Origin: a virus
Lineage: Duplodnaviria > Caudoviricetes
Reading direction: 5' to 3' (one strand)
IMG/VR virus record: IMGVR_UViG_3300038829_000044
Span: 1-24,953 of that record
DNA length: 24,953 nucleotides
Translations under genes and position numbers: made by a program
Part shown: piece by piece, positions 7,432-14,056 of the stretch
Layout of the letters: each line of letters opens with the position of its first letter
How positions within the stretch are numbered: the stretch's first letter is position 1
The notes under the pieces: generated by a model
Seen by the model: the letters and a program-made list of their open reading frames with translations, nothing else
Database searches by the model: none
Told to the model about the DNA's origin: nothing

Positions 7432-7976
7432 AGGGGAGAAAAAAACGGCCAGGCTATCTCACGGCCTATGCGAACCATGCACGGATCACGAAGACGGCGG
7501 CGGCGAAGCAGCTCCAGCGCGTTGGGGTCGATTACATGAAGGAGTTTGACTTTGCGGAGGCGGATCGGCTGCGGTCTGCGGCACGGCATGCCGATCGTGC
7601 GGCATATACGAAGCCAATCTACTCGAAGCCCAGAGAAGATCAACTTGGCGGCGACGAGAACGACGGTGATGCTGGATCATTGATCGATCCCATTCTCGCT
7701 GAAAGTCAGCGGAAGAAAGAGGAATTCAGGGCCAAGCTGGTCGAGTTGGAATATGAAGAGCGGGTTGGGATGCTGGTGCGAAAGAGCGAGGTTGAGAAGG
7801 CCGCGTTTCGTGTGGGGCGTCTGGTGCGCGATGCCGTGTTGAATGTGCCATCTCGGTTGGCCGGCATTCTGGCGGCCGAGAGCGATCAGCGGAAGGTGCA
7901 CGATCTGCTCGAAAAAGAACTGCGGCAGGCGTTGGAGGCGTTGGCAATCGATGATCGAGGCACGGTGGCAGCATGA
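7410..7976 (+). CDS. terS: Terminase small subunit (Nu1-like), 188 aa
   Basis: N-terminal HTH-like segment; C-terminal A.L.ELEY....G.LV...EV......R.VRD..L.VP.RLA..LA.E.D......L..E.R.ALE.L; follows the cos-like site. Confidence 0.85.
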   Translation: MENEGDNQGRKKRPGYLTAYANHARITKTAAAKQLQRVGVDYMKEFDFAEADRLRSAARHADRAAYTKPIYSKPREDQLGGDENDGDAGSLIDPILAESQRKKEEFRAKLVELEYEERVGMLVRKSEVEKAAFRVGRLVRDAVLNVPSRLAGILAAESDQRKVHDLLEKELRQALEALAIDDRGTVAA

Positions 7977-8089
7977 CGAATCTGGCGCGGCGGCAATTCA
8001 TGAAAGTCAGCGCGGGAACGATCCACGCAATCCAGGTCGCGCGCTGGTGTTATGCCCTGACGTTGTTACGGGAGATGCGATGCGACTGA
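7973..8089 (+). CDS. 38-aa peptide with a twin-arginine-like motif (ARRQFMK)
   Basis: ATGA coupling to the terS stop; MTNLARRQFMKVSAGTIHAIQVARWCYALTLLREMRCD. Confidence 0.45.
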   Translation: MTNLARRQFMKVSAGTIHAIQVARWCYALTLLREMRCD

Positions 8090-8439
8090 TGAGCTTTTCG
8101 TTGACGACAGAGCAGATGCGGAGGCGGGAAAAGACGGTCACGCGGCGGCTCGGCTGGGATTCGCTTCGGCCTGGTCAATTGCTCTGCGCGATCGAGAAGG
8201 GCATGGGGCTCAAGAAGGGGGAGACCGTCACGCGGATCGGCGTGGTGCGCGTGGTGCGTGTCACGAAAGAGCCGCTCACGAAGCTGCTCTACGACGACAC
8301 CTACGGCCGCGCTGAAGTCGTCAAGGAAGGATTTCCTGACATGACCCCTCTGGCGTTCGTCGAGATGTTTTGCACGCACAACAAGGTCGATCCTGCGCGT
8401 CGCGTGAACCGAATAGAATTGGAGCATGTGGAGCCATGA
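8080..8439 (+). CDS. ASCH-domain protein, 119 aa
   Basis: MSF.......EKTVTRR.GW..L.PG, EGFP and RIE motifs; GGAG RBS. Confidence 0.85.
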   Translation: MRLMSFSLTTEQMRRREKTVTRRLGWDSLRPGQLLCAIEKGMGLKKGETVTRIGVVRVVRVTKEPLTKLLYDDTYGRAEVVKEGFPDMTPLAFVEMFCTHNKVDPARRVNRIELEHVEP

Positions 8440-8792
8440 GCGAGCATAGGAAAGCGGCGAGAGCAATCGTCAACAAGCTCGTGGTCGATGGGTTGTTCAA
8501 GCCTATCCATGAGGCCAATTTCGACATTGTCGAGCGGCTTATCGTCGCTTGGATGCAGGCGGCTAACGTATCGACATGGACAGGCAGGCTCCCGGATATT
8601 TCGGGGGAGTATTGGTTTAGGAGTGCGGCAGTAAAGCCTCTCACGGTGTCTATTTGGCGGGACAGCGAAAACGACCTGAAGGCACTGATCGGGACTAACG
8701 AACTGTATCTAACGGATCTGGATGCGTTCGAAGAGTTTGAAGAGGCTGAGTGGGCTGGGCCGATCACGCTCCCGTTGGAGAGGCCATCGTGA
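8436..8792 (+). CDS. Hypothetical protein with a C-terminal W..P..G.YW...WAGPI domain, 118 aa
   Basis: ATGA coupling; motif shared with 5065-5277. Confidence 0.7.
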   Translation: MSEHRKAARAIVNKLVVDGLFKPIHEANFDIVERLIVAWMQAANVSTWTGRLPDISGEYWFRSAAVKPLTVSIWRDSENDLKALIGTNELYLTDLDAFEEFEEAEWAGPITLPLERPS

Positions 8793-8857
8793 TCGGGTTC
8801 GGCGAGCTGGTGCTGGGCGTTATCTGGTTGGTGCAGAAGATGATGGGGGGTGAACTA

Positions 8858-9172
8858 ATGAAAGAACGAGAACTTCGACAGCATGCGACGTGTTCTATGT
8901 GTCGACAGAAGATCGGGGCGTGTGGGATTCCGCTCTTCTATCGCCTGACGGTCGAGCGGTTCGTCGTGAAGCTCGATGAAGTCCGCAGGCAGACAGGTCT
9001 CGCGATGCTCCTCGGCGGCAATGGAGTGATTGCCCAGGCGATGGGGACCGATGAAGAGATGGCGGCTCCGGTGATGGAGAAGCTGGTCCTGGTGGTCTGC
9101 GAGTCCTGTTCGACAGGCCAGACCCATTTCATCGCTGGGCTCGCGGAAATCGAAAGTACAGTGAGGGGGTGA
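8858..9172 (+). CDS. Zn-binding hypothetical protein, 104 aa (possible 23-aa hydrophobic extension from GTG 8789)
   Basis: CSMC...CESC pairs. Confidence 0.75.
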   Translation: MKERELRQHATCSMCRQKIGACGIPLFYRLTVERFVVKLDEVRRQTGLAMLLGGNGVIAQAMGTDEEMAAPVMEKLVLVVCESCSTGQTHFIAGLAEIESTVRG

Positions 9173-9176
9173 GCTG

Positions 9177-9380
9177 ATGAAAGCTATCGCGCTGTTCATG
9201 CTGTTCTTGATCGTTTGCGGATGTTCCGAGCAGGTGACGGTCGTGGGAATTGAGGACACAGACCGATGCCTTGGCGGCTATAAAGTCATGACGACATTCG
9301 ATAGCCAGCACGGGCGATTTAAGAAGTGCGGGTGGTGGGGAAAAGTCGGAGAGAGTTTCTTTATTACTCGGTATTCATAA
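9177..9380 (+). CDS. Small putative lipoprotein, 67 aa
   Basis: MK, then a hydrophobic core, then a lipobox-like VCGC; two further Cys. Confidence 0.65.
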   Translation: MKAIALFMLFLIVCGCSEQVTVVGIEDTDRCLGGYKVMTTFDSQHGRFKKCGWWGKVGESFFITRYS

Positions 9381-9396
9381 TTTTGCGGGAGATGTT

Positions 9397-10590
9397 GTGA
9401 GCACCTTCACCTCGATCGAATGGACGGATACTACGTGGAATCCGGTGCGGGGTTGCTCACTCGTGAGCAGCGGCTGCAAAAACTGCTACGCCATGAAGCA
9501 GGCGCACCGGTTCAGCGGGAAGGGGCAGCCCTATGAAGGCTTGACGATGCTCGGCCAGCATGGGCCTAGCTGGACGGGCAAGATCACGCTGGTACCGGAA
9601 GTGCTCGACGCGCCGTTGCACTGGAAGAAGCCGCGCAGGATTTTCGTGAACTCGATGAGCGATCTGTTTCATGAAGAGGTGCCGTTTCAATTTATCCATG
9701 AAGTGTTCGCCACGATCCGCCAGACGCCCCAGCATGTCTACCAGATCCTGACAAAGCGCCCTGAGAGGATGCGTGAATTCATCGCTGGATATTTGCGTCC
9801 ACGTGAAGCGATGGGTTGGGCGAATGGTTTCTACTCTCACGTCTGGCTCGGCGTCTCGATCGAGAACCAGGCGACCGCCGACGAGCGCATTCCTATTCTG
9901 TTGCAGACGCCAGCCGCCGTGCGGTGGGTGAGTGTGGAGCCGTTGCTGGGGCCGGTGGATCTGCGTCAGTGGATGCATAACTGGGGATGTCCGTGCGGCT
10001 GGGGTGGCGATGATACGAGAAGCTATTGTGTTGAATGTGGATGGCGCGGAGATGAGGCTGGTAGAGGAGAACATTGTCCTGATTGTAACGAGATATTGGA
10101 TGATTCGACGGCGTGTCGAGAGTGCGATCTCACTACACGTGATGGATCAGGATTCGGGCCGAACGGATCTCCGCCATTCAACTGGGTCGTCGTCGGTGGC
10201 GAGAGCGGGCCAGGTGCGAGGCCGATGCACCCAGATTGGGTCAGGAGTCTCCGCGATCAAAGTAAGGCGGCGGGCGTGCCATTCTTCTTCAAGCAGTGGG
10301 GTCGGTGGAAGCCGATCAGCGCCATGACGGAAACTGAATCGAACGCGTTCTACATTTCCAGACGCAAGGCTAAACCGCACGAGGACCAGCAGGAAATCGA
10401 TGAAGCGTATGGTCGGCGATGCACGGTCGAGACGCGGGTGATCCGTCACGATGGGCTGGCGTTCCGTAATACTGATCCTGGAGCCTGGGAGGTACGAGGC
10501 GGGCGATCTGCGATGCAGGTGTTTAAGGTCGGCAAAAAGTCGTCTGGGGCGGAACTGGATGGTCTAGCGTGGCGGGAGTGGCCGCGATGA
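9397..10590 (+). CDS. Phage Gp37Gp68 / DUF5131 family protein (radical-SAM-like), 397 aa
   Basis: TSIEWTD.TWNPV.GC..VS.GC.NCYA, FVNSMSDLFHE, QILTKRP, WLGVSIENQ, S.EPLL, WVVVGGESG..ARPM, FFFKQWG. Confidence 0.93.
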   Translation: MSTFTSIEWTDTTWNPVRGCSLVSSGCKNCYAMKQAHRFSGKGQPYEGLTMLGQHGPSWTGKITLVPEVLDAPLHWKKPRRIFVNSMSDLFHEEVPFQFIHEVFATIRQTPQHVYQILTKRPERMREFIAGYLRPREAMGWANGFYSHVWLGVSIENQATADERIPILLQTPAAVRWVSVEPLLGPVDLRQWMHNWGCPCGWGGDDTRSYCVECGWRGDEAGRGEHCPDCNEILDDSTACRECDLTTRDGSGFGPNGSPPFNWVVVGGESGPGARPMHPDWVRSLRDQSKAAGVPFFFKQWGRWKPISAMTETESNAFYISRRKAKPHEDQQEIDEAYGRRCTVETRVIRHDGLAFRNTDPGAWEVRGGRSAMQVFKVGKKSSGAELDGLAWREWPR

Positions 10591-10622
10591 GTGCAGACGA
10601 CTGCAGAGAGGGGATGCTGTGA
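10575..10622 (+). repeat. Direct repeat copy 1: SD plus 11-codon minigene MSADDCREGML overlapping the terL start
   Basis: GCGATGAGTGCAGACG (10584-10599) is identical to 12885-12900. Confidence 0.8.
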
Positions 10623-12562
10623 GCACAGCCGCCCTTGCGGAATCCAGCTGCTACACCTCAGCGTTTCGGGCCGGGGTGCGGCCGGATCCTGATCAGACGG
10701 TCGATGAATGGGCGGATGAGAACGTCCAGCTGCCTGAATACGTCGCTGAGTCGGGGCGGTGGCGCACCAGTCGCACGCCGTTCCTGCGCGAAATCATGCA
10801 GTGTCTCTCGCCCTCGCACCCCTGCAAGCTCGTCGTGTTCATGAAATGCGTGCAGATCGGCGGGACCCAGGTCGGCGTCAATTGGATCGGCTACATCATC
10901 GACCGAGCACCCGGCGTGATGCTCGCCTTCGAACCGATCAAGGATCTCGCGAAGAAACTCTCGAATGAAAAAGTGAAGCCGATGATAGAATTGACGCCGT
11001 GCCTGCGGGGTAAAGTGCGCGAGGCCAGGTCACGCGACAGCGGCAACAATATCTTCACGAAGGAATTCCTCGGCGGGTTCGTGAACTTCATCGGGTGCAA
11101 CAGCGCGATCGGGATGCGCTCCACCAGTGCGCGCTATGTGTTGATCGACGAAGTGGACGCCTGTCCGGCCGACGTGAATGGAGAAGGCCATCCGGTCGAT
11201 CTCGCTGAAAAGCGCACGGCGACGTTCGACCGCCGAAAGATTTTCGAATTATCGACCCCGCTGGAGGCTGACACCAGCCGTATTGAACCGGATTACCTCA
11301 AGGGCAGCCGCGGCCGCTATCACGTGCCCTGTCCCTTCTGCGGGCATCGCCAGCATCTCCAATGGGGCCAGCTGGTCTACACCTTCGACGGGATCGCCGA
11401 TCCTGAGCGGGCGGCCTATCGCTGCGCCGGGTGTGCCGAGCTGATTCCGGAGCATGCCAAGGGCTGGATGCTGGAGCAGGGGCAGTGGGTGCACGAGGAT
11501 CCGGACAATCCTGTCCGCTCATTTCACATCAACGCGCTCTATCAGCCTTACGGCTGGGCGCTCTCCTGGTCGGAGCTCGCCCGGCAGTGGATCGAGGCGA
11601 ACGCGAAGGCTGCCGCCGGCGATATGCGGAAGCTCAAGACGTTCATCAACACGATCCTCGCCGAGACCTGGGAAGAGAAGGGCGAGAAGGTCGACCAGAG
11701 CGCCATCTATCAGCGGCGTGAGACCTATGAGGCGCTCTGCCCGGAGGGCGTCCTGGTCCTTACGGCGGCGATCGATCTGCAGGACAATCGGCTCGAAGTG
11801 GAGGTGTGCGGCTGGGGCGTCGAGGAAGAGTCGTGGAGCATCGAATATCGGGTGTTCCCTGGCAGCCCGGCACAGCCCACCGTCTGGAAAGACGTCACCG
11901 AATGGCTCGCTCGTCCGCGCCTGCATGCCTGCGGGGTCTCGCTGCGCGTGGAATGTGTCGTCGTCGATACAGGCGGGCACCATACGAAAGAGGCCTACTG
12001 GTTTGCCCGGAGGTACCGGGGCCGGTGCTATGCCATCAAGGGGAGCAATCAGCCAGGGGCGCCGCTCGTCCCACCAAGGCCCACGAGGCCACGCGGAACG
12101 ACCGTGCATCTCTATCACCTCGGGACTGTCGCCGCGAAAGATACGATTTTCCCGCGGCTCAAACTCACGGAACCAGGCCCTGGCTACATGCACTTTCCTG
12201 AAAGCCCGGCCTATGACGAGGAATATTTCAAGCAGCTCGCCGGCGAAGAGAAACGGTCGAAGTACGATCGCGGCGTGTTGACGGGCTATTTCTATAAGAA
12301 GATCCGGGCCCGCAATGAAGCGCTCGATCTCAAAGTCTATAACCTGGCGGCCGTTTGTTTGTTGAATCCGAACTGGGAGAAGCTCGTTGCGAAGATGGAA
12401 CGCTCTCCACAGATCGAGATCGCAACGGAGGACGAAGAACAGCAGCCAGTGGCGGTCGGCGCGTCCTGTGCCGCGCCGGAACGGCCCCATTCGGCAGAGC
12501 GCATCAAGAAACCTCAGTTGCCGAGGCAACGGCAAAACAACTTCGTGAAGGGGTGGCGATGA
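10619..12562 (+). CDS. terL: Terminase large subunit, lambda gpA family, 647 aa
   Basis: G.WR..RTP, KCVQIGGT (Walker A-like), VLIDEVD (Walker B), STP, CPFC/CAGC, F.NT.L.E.W, VDTGG, RNEALD..VY. Confidence 0.95.
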   Translation: MSTAALAESSCYTSAFRAGVRPDPDQTVDEWADENVQLPEYVAESGRWRTSRTPFLREIMQCLSPSHPCKLVVFMKCVQIGGTQVGVNWIGYIIDRAPGVMLAFEPIKDLAKKLSNEKVKPMIELTPCLRGKVREARSRDSGNNIFTKEFLGGFVNFIGCNSAIGMRSTSARYVLIDEVDACPADVNGEGHPVDLAEKRTATFDRRKIFELSTPLEADTSRIEPDYLKGSRGRYHVPCPFCGHRQHLQWGQLVYTFDGIADPERAAYRCAGCAELIPEHAKGWMLEQGQWVHEDPDNPVRSFHINALYQPYGWALSWSELARQWIEANAKAAAGDMRKLKTFINTILAETWEEKGEKVDQSAIYQRRETYEALCPEGVLVLTAAIDLQDNRLEVEVCGWGVEEESWSIEYRVFPGSPAQPTVWKDVTEWLARPRLHACGVSLRVECVVVDTGGHHTKEAYWFARRYRGRCYAIKGSNQPGAPLVPPRPTRPRGTTVHLYHLGTVAAKDTIFPRLKLTEPGPGYMHFPESPAYDEEYFKQLAGEEKRSKYDRGVLTGYFYKKIRARNEALDLKVYNLAAVCLLNPNWEKLVAKMERSPQIEIATEDEEQQPVAVGASCAAPERPHSAERIKKPQLPRQRQNNFVKGWR

Positions 12563-12876
12563 GAGTATTTATCCGCGATCAATTTATGCAGCGGTCGTAT
12601 GAGATCTTTCAGCTCCGAGAGATCGAAGGGCATGGGACCTATGTCAGGCAGCCAGATGGGTCTGAAGTGTTCGTGCCGATAGGAGTGTGGCCCGTTCAGG
12701 ACGTCAAGCCGACGTTCACCATCGACTATCATTCGGCTCAGGAACTGGTCGAAGCCTTGCAAAAGACCGGAGTGAAGCCGAAGGAATTAACGAAGATCGA
12801 AGGGCAGTTCGCGGCACAATCTGCGCACCTGGCTGACCTGCAAAACATCATCCGCACGCGCGGGATCATGAAGTAG
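12559..12876 (+). CDS. Hypothetical protein, 105 aa
   Basis: ATGA coupling to terL; C-terminal A...HL.DL helix. Confidence 0.75.
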   Translation: MRVFIRDQFMQRSYEIFQLREIEGHGTYVRQPDGSEVFVPIGVWPVQDVKPTFTIDYHSAQELVEALQKTGVKPKELTKIEGQFAAQSAHLADLQNIIRTRGIMK

Positions 12877-12923
12877 GAGTGCCGGCGATGAGTGCAGACG
12901 TCTGCGGAAAGGAAGATCGATGA
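12876..12923 (+). repeat. Direct repeat copy 2: SD plus 11-codon minigene MSADVCGKEDR overlapping the next start
   Basis: 16-bp identity with copy 1; contains the palindrome GCAGACGTCTGC. Confidence 0.8.
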
Positions 12924-13162
12924 GACTGAAACGCTTTACGCTGAGCCCTGAAGGCCTCTGCCATGCCTTACGAACCGGCTCGCACCTTAAGATTGTCGGC
13001 GAGGGGGTGCCGCAGGATGGCAAGGTTGTGCGGGTGTTCCCGAATCATGAAACCGGCTGTATAGAACTCGTCGTCGAAAGCGAATCCTACGAGGATCTGT
13101 TGGTTGGATGTCTGATTCCTCAGGCGGATCCCATCATAATTGAAAGTGCTAGGGAGGATTGA
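12920..13162 (+). CDS. Hypothetical protein, 80 aa
   Basis: ORF coupled at both ends; G.P.D..V...L.VES..Y pattern. Confidence 0.7.
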   Translation: MRLKRFTLSPEGLCHALRTGSHLKIVGEGVPQDGKVVRVFPNHETGCIELVVESESYEDLLVGCLIPQADPIIIESARED

Positions 13163-13410
13163 CCTTGGCGCCGAAGCTGCTCACTGTCAAGGATCTGGCC
13201 GCCATGTTTCAGAAGGATGAAGAGACGATCCGCACCTGGATCCGCGAGCGCGTGTTCCCCGGCGCATTCAAGATCAAGGAAGGCTGGTATGTGCCGGCGA
13301 GCGACATCAAAAAAATGATCAAGAAAAATGGCGACGAATCAGGCGAGGTGGAATCAGCACCACGCCGCACCCAGCGCCCATCCGCTGGATTCGTGAACGG
13401 CTGGAAGTAG
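13159..13410 (+). CDS. Excisionase-like/HTH_17 DNA-binding protein, 83 aa
   Basis: LLTVKDLAAMFQKDEETIRTWIRE..FPGAFKI...WYVP..DI. Confidence 0.85.
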   Translation: MTLAPKLLTVKDLAAMFQKDEETIRTWIRERVFPGAFKIKEGWYVPASDIKKMIKKNGDESGEVESAPRRTQRPSAGFVNGWK

Positions 13411-13419
13411 CCTGAAAGT

Positions 13420-13485
13420 CATACCCGAACATACCTGTTTAGACCACAACATCCCATAGACCGTTTTTCCGATCTCCCGTACAAC
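13420..13485 (+). promoter_or_regulatory. 10-bp-phased direct repeats and a candidate sigma70-like late promoter
   Basis: CATACC 13420, CATACC 13430, TAGACC 13440, CATCCC 13450; then TAGACC-N17-TACAAC (13457-13485), 7 nt before ATG 13493. Confidence 0.5.
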
Positions 13486-13492
13486 GTCGCGC

Positions 13493-14056
13493 ATGAGTGC
13501 GACGACACCCACAACAGAGCCCACCAGCCTTCGCGCAGGAGATCTGCTGACATGGTCTAAATCACTGTCGGACTACCCTGCCAGCGGAGGCTGGTCGCTC
13601 GCCTATACGCTCATTAACGCTTCCGCGAAAATTACGATCACCGCCGGGGCTAGTGGTGCCGACTTCCTGGTTTCTGTCGCCGCGGCGACGACCGCTGCCT
13701 ATATCGTTGGCACCTACAGTTGGATGGCGCGCGTCACGAAGGCGACGGAGATCTATACCGTCGGCCAGGGCACGATCGAGATCCTCCCGAACCTGGCGGC
13801 GCTCACCACGTTCGACGGCCGCTCACATGCCAAGACCATGCTGGACGCGATCGAGGCCGCCTACGAAGGCCGTGCCTCGTCAACCCAGCTCGAAATGGAA
13901 ATCAACGGCCGCCGCATCCGGAGCTATGGCGTCGCCGAGTTGATTCAGTGGCAGAGCTTCTTCAAGGCCGCCGTCGCCAAAGAGGCGGACGCTGAATCCT
14001 TTGCGCGCACCGGCATCAATCGCCGGCGCATCGGCGTGAGGTGCACTCGTGTTTGA
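13493..14056 (+). CDS. Head-tail adaptor, gpW-like with an N-terminal beta-rich extension, 187 aa
   Basis: Immediately before the portal; C-terminal LDAIEA...G......I.GR.......EL pattern. Confidence 0.75.
   Translation: MSATTPTTEPTSLRAGDLLTWSKSLSDYPASGGWSLAYTLINASAKITITAGASGADFLVSVAAATTAAYIVGTYSWMARVTKATEIYTVGQGTIEILPNLAALTTFDGRSHAKTMLDAIEAAYEGRASSTQLEMEINGRRIRSYGVAELIQWQSFFKAAVAKEADAESFARTGINRRRIGVRCTRV

Noticed and set aside
13159-13410. HTH_17 protein as the true excisionase
   Set aside because: No integrase or att site is adjacent; its position between terL and the head genes suggests another role.
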